NCBI GenBank assembly: GCA_018398765.1
Contig: JAHBMJ010000373.1
Span: forward strand, 1-49,297
Source of the DNA: Chromera velia
Lineage: Eukaryota
Length of the DNA stretch: 49,297 nt
Direction of reading: 5' to 3'
This document shows positions 1-11,339 of the stretch, one piece after another. The notes beneath the pieces are model-generated. The model saw nothing but the letters and a program-made list of their open reading frames with translations, ran no database searches and was not told the DNA's origin. A program made the position numbers and the translations under genes. Positions within the stretch are counted from its first letter, which is position 1, and every line of letters starts with the position of its first letter.

Positions 1-239
1 GTTTATGCAAGTGATTGCCATCCCTGGAACTCTTTCACTTCTCGTTTGGGGCTTTCCGGGGTTCTCGCACGCAGGGACTCTGTCAGGCGTCTCCTCTCGC
101 ATGCATTTTTGACTCACAAAATTTCTCATTGTTTCGTCTTGATCGATTGCTAGAATTGAACGTTTTTTCCTCTGGGAGTGGCTCTCTGCTGGCCACTCAG
201 TTACGACTTTCTCTGGAATAAGGAGCTACGGATCGATTT

Positions 240-1260
240 CATCGTGAGTCTTTATTTCTGTCTTCGTGTGTAGCTAGATATTCGTTCTTATAGTCTAGCA
301 AACATCTCGTATATATATATATATATATATATATAGATAGATAGATAGATAGATAAAAACTAGCATGGGTGGTACAATAGTGAAATGAACCACAGAGGCA
401 ATATATTTTTAAATATATTGATATATTATATTCTCGTTGAGAAAATATATATAGAAATATATATATAATATCAGAGTTGCAATATATATGCATTGATTTT
501 TTTTAAAAAAATAAAGTTTGGTCTAGGGTTTGGTAAGACTCTATTACTATATCAAGAAACAGTGAGCTAGACAGTGAGGCTTTTGATTTAATTTAAATTA
601 GCCCATACCTAGGCCCATATTAGAACTTACAGTTAAGACCTATAGATCCACATCAGTCAACAACGAATTCAACATACCAATATAATAATATACCAAGTTG
701 TGATCTTATTGATATACAAGTTTTGATAAACACCCGGGCCGTTCGAAGTTCAAATTCAACTTGAAACACGCATATCTAGGCTCCGCACTGTAAAAAGATA
801 TAAAAAAAATATTGCGCTCAATTTTTTTTATTGATTTTTTTTTAATAGATCCTGACATACAACTGTTTTTTAAGTATTGTTAAAGTGTTGTAAAGATGTT
901 GCCCACATGTTGCAAAGAGTATTAAAGAGTGTTATATAAAGAATAACACTTATTCAAGTGTTGTTCAAGTTGAGGTGTTGCTAGGGCTAGCCAGGGTGTT
1001 GTTTAGATGTTGCTTAAAAAAAAACAGTTATTGTGCCGAATCACTGCCGATATATAAAAAAATAAAAAAAATATCGCTCAACACCGTTTATTTTTTTTTT
1101 CTTTTCTTTTTTTTTAGAGTGCAGAGCCTAGACGCATACAAAAGCTTTAGCAAGCTTAGATATATCAATGATAATATTTAAACACTTAAAAAAAATGAAT
1201 GATTGATTAATTGGTATCATTGGTTCCGCGCTAGGCTTTCCGCCTAGCTTTCCGCATGAT
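240..1260. repeat. AT-rich, TpA/CTAG-rich island with (TA)n/(GATA)n and degenerate GTGTTG/GTATTG repeats; probable decayed repeat DNA
   Basis: Visibly AT-rich versus flanks; (TA)n(GATA)n at 310-354; many CTAG; 'acaactgttttttaagtattgttaaagtgttg' at ~858-890 resembles ~42703-42770 and the reverse complement of ~11574-11632. Confidence 0.6.
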
Positions 1261-1337
1261 ATGCGTCGTATTACGTGCGCACGCAAACAGTGGCTGAGAG
1301 GTAAAAACACACATATTCTGTCATTCACACTAGCATT

Positions 1338-1351
1338 CACACACACACACA

Positions 1352-1448
<97 letters not shown>

Positions 1449-1651
1449 AGAGAGAGAGAGAGAGACGGAGAGAGAGAGAGAGACATACACAAACGCACGC
1501 ACACACACACACACACACACACGCACGCACACACACACAGACACATACCTAAATACAGCTAGACACGCACAGAGACATACGTAAATATCCATACATACAC
1601 AGACACACACAGACATCCACACACAGACACACACACACACACACACACAGA

Positions 1652-1707
<56 letters not shown>

Positions 1708-1775
1708 CACTCACAAACACACCTATACACACGTACACACACCTACACATACGTAGACACACATACACACACAAC
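1338..1775. repeat. Compound microsatellite (CA)n/(CAGA)n/(GA)n
   Basis: Directly visible; produces spurious HT/VC-rich ORFs. Confidence 0.95.
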
Positions 1776-2059
1776 GTACATGCACATGCATATGCAGACA
1801 CCACTGCATGCATACAAAAAAAAAATGTAACATAGTTTTTGTTCTGTTTGAAACCTGCATGAGTAAAGCTGAATTCAATTGAGAGCTTGCAGTGCTTAAG
1901 TCAGAACCTTGCATTTCTTTACTCTGGCGCCTCATTGACGCCAGTCACCGAACATGCATGATCATGCATTTGTCAGGGGATTCAGGGCCGAGCCTGAGAG
2001 GAAGCTAGGGCCTGCATGCGGCAGCTGCTTGAATTACACGTCTGTCAAGTACAGCTGTC

Positions 2060-2586
2060 CTATCGTGGCCCTGCAGTCCCTGGCGTGACTCTGTCTTGCA
2101 ACAGGAACGCGACAGCCCCCCCAGGCTGAGAGAATCCTCTGGTCTCGTTGATGTTGACGAACCTGGCTGTGGGGACAAAAGAGGCCCCGTCATGGCCCAT
2201 GCGGGTGAGAATCCGACAGAGATTGCTGACGTCATCCATGCCGATGTGGTGCTCACCCTCCAGCGGTATTCCTGCAGCTAGAGCATTCATTCATTCATCC
2301 ATGCAGTCAGGGCATGCAGGCATCAATGAGCTGATGCAGATAATTGCACACAGTGCCACAAATTTTGCCTTTTTGTATATCTTCAGTGGGATATTTGAAA
2401 CGACAAAAAGAAAACAAAAAACACCATCAGGCATGCCGGCAGGTAGGCAGACAGAAAAACAGGGACCAAGAGAGAAAGAAGGAAAGAAAGGCAGGAAGGA
2501 ATGGGAGACAGATGAGAAAGAACGAAAGAAAAAATGACAGAGGAAGAGGGGGAGAGGGACGGAGAGGGGAAGCCAGGGAAGAAGGA

Positions 2587-2648
<62 letters not shown>

Positions 2649-2664
2649 GGAGAGAGAGAGAGAA

Positions 2665-2709
<45 letters not shown>

Positions 2710-4028
2710 CAGAGAGAGAGAGACGATCAAAAGAGAACACTTTCAAGCAGTGGTAGTGACTGCGCCTGCATCTATCGAGCGACTTCCTCTTTTTTCACCG
2801 ACTGACCTAAAAAGTTCAACATAGGTTTCATCCCCTTGACTTTCTTGGCCGTTGCTTCTGGATAGAAATTCAGACAGAAGTCCTTGATGTTCATCCACTG
2901 CATCGATCGAATCAGAGAGAGAAGGGAGTGATCCAACACCAACACACACAGACACACACACAGAGAGAGAGAGAGAGACTCGCTGACATAGGTACTTACG
3001 GACATACATTTTGTATTAAGCCCGGCACACATACGCGAATCTCCACACAGCAGAAGTCTTTGACAGTCATCCACCACATACATGTATTCTGGAACAGAAA
3101 AGCTTCTTTCATGAAAAACTTGGAGTCGGCAGCTTTGCCTTCTGTTTTTATTGCACCTGGAAGTGAACAGTTGAAGCGCGGGGAAGCCGCAGAAACGTCA
3201 GAGAGAGAGAGTCAACGGAAATAGCAAAACATGGTGTCATCAGATCGAGAACGATTGTCCTTTCCTCTTCGAAGCCTTTCTGCCTTTCTTCGACCACTTT
3301 TTTGTTCCCACTCTTCTAATGTATCTCCGTATTCGCTACCGGTGAAGTGATTCGAGTTAACTTTGCAGGGACCAACCTGAAGGAAGACAGGAGGGCAGGC
3401 GCCCACTCCAGAAAGGTTGAGCTGTTTCGGTAGTTGGCTCTTCAGGTCCCAGTTCCCGCATATGCACAGGAGCAAGCTCTTTCCCTTCTTTTGCTCTCCA
3501 GCCCTGCCAGTGAAATCGAGATCCACCCCCTTGTCTCTGAGGAAATCACAGACAGAGGCGAAGGCTTCCGAGAACGGAACAGCTGTAGACCTCACGTTGC
3601 AGTGCTCTGCATTCATTCACTCATTCGTTGATTCATTCATTCATTCATTCATTCATTCATTCATTGATTCATTCATTCATTGATTGATTGATTGATTGAT
3701 TCATTCATTCATTCGTTCATTCATTCATTCATTGAATCATCGAGTCTCCGTGGAACGGGGAAAGAGGAACAAACGCTGGTCTCCCCCCAAAGGAAAAACC
3801 GATGAAGAAAACGAAAGGCATAAAGCTCAAAGAAAGTGACAGAGAAAGAAAGGGTGGAGGTGCCATACACACAAAAGAGAGGAAGAGAAATGAAGCAAGG
3901 AAGAAAGGAGCGACGAGAGGAAGGAAGGAAGGAAGGAAGAAAAGGGAGGAAGAAAGAAAGAAAAAAAAAAAAGGAAAAAAAGAAAGAGAGAAAAGAAAGA
4001 AAGAAAGAAAGAAAGAAAGAAAAAAAAA

Positions 4029-4096
<68 letters not shown>

Positions 4097-4120
4097 AAGA
4101 AAGAAAGAAAGAAAGAACGA

Positions 4121-4160
<40 letters not shown>

Positions 4161-4168
4161 ACGAACGA

Positions 4169-4200
<32 letters not shown>

Positions 4201-4547
4201 ACGAAAGAAAGAACGAAAGAAAGAACGAAAGAAAGAAAGAACGAAAGAAAGAAAGAACGAAAGAAAGAAAGAACGAAAGAAAGAACGAAAGAAAGAAAGA
4301 ACGAAAGAAAGAACGGAAAGAACAGGAAGAACAGGAAGAACAGGAAGAACAGAAAGAACAGAAAGAACAGAAAGAACAGAAAGAAAAGAAAGAAAGAAAA
4401 GAAAGAAAAGAAAGAAAGAAAAGAAAGAAAAGAAAGAAAGAAGGAAGGAAGGAAGGAAAGAAAGAAAGAAAGAAAGAACAGAAAGAAAGAAAGAAAGAAA
4501 AGAAAGAAAGAAGGAAAGAAAGAAAGAAAGAAAGAAAGAAAGAACGA

Positions 4548-4583
<36 letters not shown>

Positions 4584-4750
4584 ACGGAAAGAACAGGAAG
4601 AACAGGAAGAACAGGAAAACAGAAAGAACAGAAACAACAGAAAGAACAGAAAGAAAAGAAAGAAAGAAAAGAAAGAAAAGAAAGAAAGAAGGAAGGAAGG
4701 AAGGAAGGAAGGAAAGAAGGAAAGAAAGAAAGAAAGAAAGAAAGAAAGAA

Positions 4751-4782
<32 letters not shown>

Positions 4783-4786
4783 ACGA

Positions 4787-4862
<76 letters not shown>

Positions 4863-5530
4863 AGAAAAAAAAAACAGACAGAGAACAGAAGGAAGGAAGA
4901 AGACCAAACCCCTCACTCACCTCGAGAACTTTGCGTATGACTTCCAGGTTGCCCCCACGCAGTAGGTCTGCACCACCGATGAAACCTTCCTTCTTCTTTC
5001 CAGTCTGCAGTCCGCAAAAGGACCAAAGGAAACTCAATGACCTCTTCCTTCCCTTCAAAGTCCATTATTCCGACTAGGTCAAAGGCTTGAGGAGTCGGCA
5101 GAATGGACTGAGGGATGTCTAATGGCTTCTCGGGTACGTGGCGTTCGTGAAGCCACTTTGCTTCTGCAGCCTCAATGGCGGCTGCGTCGTGCGTGCAGTG
5201 GCAACGCGCACCGAAGGTGCAATGCCCTGCCGCAAAGTACTTGCACAAAGCACCAGGGGTGAGTGTGCCGTCTCCGCCATCTCCCCGAAATTCCCGCGGC
5301 CGTCTCCCTCTACCACCAGCTGCAGCTGAAGGCTCCGCTGCCTTTTCATGCCGATAATGGCATCGCTCTTCAAATCGACAATTGCCAGTTGTGGCGAAGA
5401 CATGACAGATAGGAGGGCGGGGCGCTTGTTCACCGATCACATGCGCAAAATTGCAGTCACTGCCATTTCGGCAGGATCCCTGTGCAGAGAAGAATCTGCA
5501 CGGCATTGCTTTGGTCTCTCGCGAACTCAT
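2060..5530 (-). CDS. Triple CCCH zinc-finger + ERI1-like DEDDh 3'-5' exoribonuclease; exons 5530-4921, 3606-3377, 2897-2807, 2271-2060
   Basis: Three C-x8-C-x5-C-x3-H fingers (CRFFSAQGSCRNGSDCNFAH; CHVFATTGNCRFEERCHYRH; CKYFAAGHCTFGARCHCTH, the third with x7 spacing). ERI1-family motifs DFEG..EVIEFP, CGNWDL, WMNIKDF, LEGEHHIGMDDVSN. All three introns are GT-AG and phase-compatible. Stop TAG at 2062-2060. Confidence 0.88.
2588..2722. repeat. (GA)n microsatellite in intron 3 of the exonuclease gene
   Basis: Directly visible. Confidence 0.95.
3610..3732. repeat. (ATTC)n/(ATTG)n microsatellite abutting an intron acceptor
   Basis: Directly visible; on the minus strand reads (GAAT)n GCAG|exon. 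Confidence 0.95.
3895..4900. repeat. ~1 kb intronic purine tract of (AAAG)n/(AAGG)n with AACAG(A/G)AAG 9-mers
   Basis: Directly visible; essentially T-free on the + strand; lies in intron 3607-4920. Confidence 0.95.
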
Positions 5531-6076
5531 GGGTCCAGCAAGCAGAGCTGCGTCTCTGACTTCTTCTCTGCGCAAACAAACTGTCGATCGCTCATGCAAT
5601 GAACTAGAACCTTTAATGACAAAAACAGCTGCTAATGATCGTCGGATCATGGTGACTGAAAGAATCGGCTGCATGCCGAGCCCCACCGCGCCAAAGTCAC
5701 CGCCGCGCGCGCCTGAGGCTCATGCACGGGTGCATGGCGCCGCGCGCCGCGGGGCCATGCATGTGCAGGGCCGGACCATCTGGCACGCCCCGCCGCATGC
5801 AGGGAAAAAATCTGAAGATACACTTCGATCGTGCACCGAGGAACGAACGCTCCATGACGGTCCATGAAAGTCCATGACTGGCCCCTCCAATCTCAACGTT
5901 GGCTCTCTGCTTCTGTGTTGCCATAACCACTTCGTAAGCGTAAGTGGAGCAGTATATACGCCAGTAGTAGGACTTTTCTGTGGTGTTCAAGTTTTTTGTT
6001 CGGCAGTAGGAGGACCTGTAATCGGCGTCGGAGCTTTCTTTACAACAGTCCAGACTTTCTTTCGCCCCAGTCCAAC
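5531..6076. promoter_or_regulatory. Putative bidirectional promoter with GC-rich TGCATG/CATGCA cluster and inverted repeats
   Basis: Lies between divergent ATGs at 5530 (-) and 6077 (+); several TGCATG/CATGCA at 5670-5800; hairpin at 5731-5761. Confidence 0.55.
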
Positions 6077-9000
6077 ATGAAGGCCGCACTCACAGCCACA
6101 GGGCTTCTCGCAGTTTCGGAGGCTGCCCTCTCCTCGGTAAAGAAGCACGAAAACGAGCTTCAGCACACCAGTCAGTAGCTTTTCTGAACTGTCTCTGCTC
6201 TGGTCTCGTCGAAAAAAATTTCACCGCAACCCGACCCGTCTCATTTCTCCCCTCTCCATCTTTCTTTCTTTCTCTGTGCAGAATGGGATCCCAAGCAGGT
6301 TGACATGAAGACCATCAGGGAGATGGCAAAGGACCTCTCCATTGACGACGCCCTCATGGCCGTTAAGTCTGCCAACGTGCCTGAGGACCTGAAGGAGTTT
6401 ATTCAGGGCAAGAGATCCGAGGAGTCCTTCGGCCCCAACTACACCCCCGTTGCCGTCATCACGAAAGTCAACGGAATTTTCGAGCACGCCCAGTCTGAGC
6501 TTGGTCAGTCAGGATCACAGAGAAAGAAACGAAACAGTCCACTTCCTCCTTTGCCCTTCTTATTTTTCTTTTTTGCGCTTTTTGCTTCGAGCCTTTGCCT
6601 CCCCACCCTTTTTTGTCTCCCTCCTCCCGTCTCCACTCCGACCCTTTTTTGCAAAACCTTTTCTGAACCCCCCCACTCCCCCTCCTGCCTGCAGACTACA
6701 CCTTTGTGACTTGCCATGACAGTCTGATCGCCCAGCAGCTGGCGATGGACGGCCTGGCAATTGACAAGGCTCACGCTGGTGCAATGCTGGAGGACGCCAT
6801 TGCAGAGAAGAACATGTGGTCTGCCGAGATGATGGCCTCCATCACCATCCGTGACAAGCTGAAGGAAGAGCTGGACGAATTCCTCGACCAGTGCAAACTT
6901 GCAGACACACAGTCTGAGGCTCTGATCACCATGATCTCTGCCGATCTTGCAGTCGTCCAGGGAGTCATCGACTCCAACCAGTGTAAGTCCTCTGACCCCT
7001 TCAAGCCCTCAACCACCAAGGTCTCCGGAACCGTCTCCCCCGGCGCCCTCAACAAGAGCACCGGGAAGAGCGTACCGAGCCTCCTGCAGGTCCGTCTGTT
7101 CGTCAATGTTGCTTCGTCGCTCTTCTGGCACCTGAGTTCAGTTTTCTTTTGTGTCTGTGCCTTCTTTCTTCCCTCTTTCGGCTCTCTCTTGTCCTCTCTC
7201 CTCCTCTCCTGAACGCATCGCGTCTCTAATGAGTCTCAGCTGTTCATCTTTCCGCGAACCTCCTCTGTGTCTTCCCTTCGGTGTCTTTTGATTCTGTCTT
7301 CTCACTTCGCTTCGCTCCTCCCCTTTTCTCCTTCCTGCCTGCCTTGCAGACGAAGAGCTCGAAGACTAACGAGGAGGTTAAGTCCAAGGCCAGGGCGATG
7401 CTCCAGAGGTACAGAAACATGCAGGAGGACGCGCACCACGGAGGCAACCGCTTCCATCCTCGCTACCACATCTCTGCAGAGGATCAGAAGTTGATTGACC
7501 AAACAAAGGGCATGTCCCTGCTTCGGTGTTCCTTCCAGGACGGCGTGTCCTTCCTCTCCTTCGAGGACACAGAGATGGCAAAGGCCATGGTGCAGATGAG
7601 CAACAAGAAGTTCCAGGCTTTCCAGTCTCATCTCGAGAATCTCCTGCAGGCCTCCATTGAGACTGCTGCCACCACCCCCAAGCCCGCCGCCACCACCCCC
7701 CTCCCCTCCTACAACGCCTTCGATATTGGCTCCAACCCCTATGCCCACAACAAGGACGCCCGTGACCTCGCCAAGGAGATCCGCAACAAGCAGATCGAGG
7801 GAGAGAATGTCGATGCAGAGGCTACTTGCTCCTTTGCCGGCTCTCCTCTCTGCCCCTCGTTCTTCGAGGAGATCAGCCAGCTCGGAGGTGACATCGATGC
7901 TGAGTTGACGGACGAGAAGAACTACAGGGACGAGAACAACCGCATCTGCGAGGAGACCAAGAAGCGCATGGAGCTCGACATTGAGGGCTGGGACACCCAC
8001 ATTGAGTTCTGCGATCAGCACGGCTCTGCCCTCGCTGCCCGCATCAAGGAGCTCAAGGAGACCATCCGCACCATTGAGATCAACTACAAGGAGTTCCTCG
8101 ATGCCTACGAGAACGAGAGAACCTACTGCGAGAAGACCATCAAGGAGCACAAGTCCGCTATGTGCGGTGCGATCAAGGTCAAGACCCAGCTGATGCGCAT
8201 GTCCTCCATGCCCAACGAGATCTGGGATTGCGAGGTTTCCCCCTTCGAGGCCACTGCGTGCAGCAGGACATGCGAGGGAGGCAGCAAGGTGTGGACCCGC
8301 GAGGTGCTCATCAAGAACACCCCCACCTACGGAACCGCGTGCCCTTCTCTAGAACTCACAACCACATGCAACATGTTCGCGTGCCCCATCCCCTGTGCAG
8401 TCAGTCTGTTTATTTTTTCGTTGGGGAGGGAGGAAAGACATGAAATGAATGAGTGGCTGTGTTTTGGGGCGGAAGCAACGCATTTCTCTCTCCCATCCGT
8501 CTGGTCTGTCCTTCTATCTTCGCTTCATTGCAACAGCACCTCTCCTCTCGAGAGTTTGTTTCCTGTCAGGGCGCCGTGTTCCATTCTCATTTTCTTTCTG
8601 TCTTCTCTCGGATAGTGTGTGGATTTGCGTGTATGTGTGTGTGGATGCGTAAACGGCCCTTGAGTCATCGTTCACGTGCAGTTCCCTTCAGTTCCATGCA
8701 GTTTCCTTCTGTCATTTGGCTGTGCTTTCTTTCCGCCATGCTCCTTGTTTCCCCCAGAGCGCCACCCTCTTCACCTCTCCCTCCCTGTTTTTTTCTGAAG
8801 CACTGAATCCTGCATGATGTCATGGCCGCCTCACACAGTTTCTCTTCAGTCCATCGTACACCCTCTCATGTATTCTCTCTCTCTCTCTCTCTCTCTCTGT
8901 TTCTCTCTCTTTCTGTGTGTGTGTGTTGCTTGGTCGCTCCCTTTTGTTGTGCTCTTGCAGGTCTCTCCCTTCGGACCCTGGTCCCACTGTTCTGCCGAGT

Positions 9001-10471
9001 GCGGAATGGGAGTTCACTACAGAGTCCGATCTGTTGTCACTCCCCCCATGTTCGGAGGCACTGCCTGCCCCGCCCTCCAGGAGTCCCGGGACTGCAACGC
9101 CGGTATCTGCGATGCCGAGTGCGAGTTGACGGAGTGGACCGAGTTCTCTGAGTGCACTGCCTACTGCGGTGGTGGCACCCAGTACAGAGAGAAGCACGTC
9201 AAGACCGAGGCCATCGGAGACGGTACCTGCCCCGGCAAGCGCAACCCCCAGAGGTACGAGATCGTTGACTGCAACACCGGCACATGCGCTCCTGGTGTTC
9301 CCATCTGCAACACCAAGATGGACGTCGTGCTCGTTGTCGACTCCTCCGGGTCCATCGGGTACTCCAACTGGCCCGAGGTCGTCAAGGGTGTCAGCGCCGT
9401 CGCTCATCAGATGAACTACGCTAACGTTAAGGTCTGCCTCAGGTTTCTGAGTTTTTTTTTCGTTTTTTGGGGGGCTGACTTTCTTTCGAAGGCTCTGTGT
9501 TGTTTTTTTAATTATCGCTGCATGCGATCTCTCTTCTGTCCATGCCAATAATTCTGAGAGCAATTTGATACCTGCTCGTATGTATGTGTGAGTGTGTGTG
9601 TGTGTGATGTGGAAAATGAAGGGCTTCTTTGTGCATTCGCTGATGCAATGACTTTTGATCGCGACGCACCTCTTTCTTCTGCATTCCGCACATGCGTCGA
9701 TGTTTCAGTCGTTCCTCAGCTTCACATTGCCCGTTCATTTGTGCGTCGATTACCAACCTTTCTTTCGTTCCGAAGCGCACCGGTTTCCTTTCTGTTGTCT
9801 TTGATGAACTGAGTTTTTGACTCTTGCCGAGACAGCTGACTCACACTACCGGCCTGCGTACTTTCTTTCATTCATTTGGAGCTGAATGCATTCTTTTGCA
9901 GCTGGGTACCATCATCTTCTCGTACGGCACCTCCACCTACTCCGTCCTCACCGACGACGTCGACGAGATCAACCGCCTCTACCCAGGCACCATGCAGGGC
10001 GAGTGGATGGGCTCAGTGACCAACACCCACATGGCTCTTGCACACGCTCATCACCTTCTGATTGAGGGTGGGAGAGCATCCACAGGGGCTAAGCAGACCG
10101 TTATGCTGTTCACTGACGGCTACCCCTGCTGCCAGCCTGGGGCTCGTGACATGACCAGATACGCCGCCCAGGACCTTGTTGGTTCCGGTGTTCGTCTGAT
10201 CGTGGTTCCTCTCGGTAACGCCGACTCCAACTTCATCGGTGAGATGAACAGCCTTGCCTCCAGCGACTCCACCATCTCCATCCCCACTTTCGAGGAGTTT
10301 GTGAAGGAAGAGACTGCAGCCACTCTGATTGAGAGGATGTGCGATGACATCGTCATGAAGCCCGTCTCCTACAAGGCCAACGTCGTCATCAAGGACGACA
10401 AACTCGGACAGGTCCTCTCCACCCACTCCACCAACACCGCCGCCTCCGTTACTGGAACCCCTGCCCCCTAA
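6077..10471 (+). CDS. Secreted coiled-coil + 3x thrombospondin type-1 (spondin-like) + C-terminal vWA protein; exons 6077-6170, 6282-6503, 6695-7089, 7350-8399, 8961-9431, 9902-10471
   Basis: N-terminus MKAALTATGLLAVSEA is signal-peptide-like. TSP1 motifs CSRTCEGG..TREV, WSHCSAECGMG..RVRSV, WTEFSECTAYCGGG..REK. vWA with MIDAS DSSGS, TNT and FTDG. Five phase-compatible GT-AG introns; strong C/G third-position bias. Confidence 0.9.
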
Positions 10472-11339
10472 GCGAAGACTGGATGGACTGATTGACTGTC
10501 CTCCGACGCAGACTGGATTAGAGAGACAGAAAAAAGGGAAAAAGAATTGGCGAAGGAGCGCATGAAGTCAAGAAAGAGGGCGTAAAGAAAGAAAGAGAGA
10601 GGGATGGAAGGAAAGTGCAAAGACCGTCCTGAAGGTTGACGGATTTCAGCACCGCCAGTCCATCGTGTGGCGTTTGTGTCGACCTTTCAGGCCGTCTGAT
10701 CCTTGTCTCAATCCCTCCCGTTCTTTTTCCGTCCCCGCTTGAACGGTCGTTTCCTTTCGTTTTTCTTTTCTGTCTCCATCTCTCTCTGGCTATCCTCCGA
10801 CCGGTCTTCTTCCTCGACTGTTGCCTGCCGCCACCGCATCGAATGCATGCAGGAAAAGAATAATTTATATAAACGAATTCGTGACTGGTTGATCTGTGCG
10901 AGTCCGTCCGTTTTTTCATTTTCGAGGGCGGGGCCTCCTCAGACTGAAGTCATACGGGAGGGCGGTGAAGAGGCAGGCAGAAGGTGCAGGAAAAAAGAGG
11001 CACAAGCCAGCAGCGGCGGCAGCAGCACGCGTCCGATCAAACGCACGACTCTTTCCACTATTGCCAAGACTTTTGCAAGGAAAGCAAAGACTAAGCATGT
11101 GTTGGGGAGTCACGCCGATCATATATGCACGCACGGAGATGCATCGATTAATTGATCGGTGTGGCAACACAGAAGATGGAAAGTGCATGACGTTGAAGTG
11201 CATGCATGCAAGCAGCAGGGCTTTGTATGCCTCCTTATCTAACGTTATCCCCGCTGGTCCGTGAAGGATGAGAATGCCATTTAAAACTTTTTTGTGCATC
11301 ATCATTTTACCCATGCATGCCTAGATGCATGCACACAAC

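Noticed and set aside
224..235. AGCTACGGAT shared with ~11368 at the left edge of two AT islands as a possible element terminus
   Set aside because: Only 10 bp, with no matching inverted copy or TSD found; insufficient evidence.
1128..1813. HT/VC/ER-repeat ORFs
   Set aside because: Dinucleotide microsatellite artefacts.
3721..5077. Four 387-445 aa ORFs (K/E/R-rich or F/L/S-rich)
   Set aside because: They are translations of the stop-free (AAAG)n tract inside a phase-compatible intron of the exonuclease gene.
7302..10426. Long antisense ORFs (7302-8150, 8820-9563, 10013-10426)
   Set aside because: Shadows of the strongly codon-biased TSP1/vWA gene.
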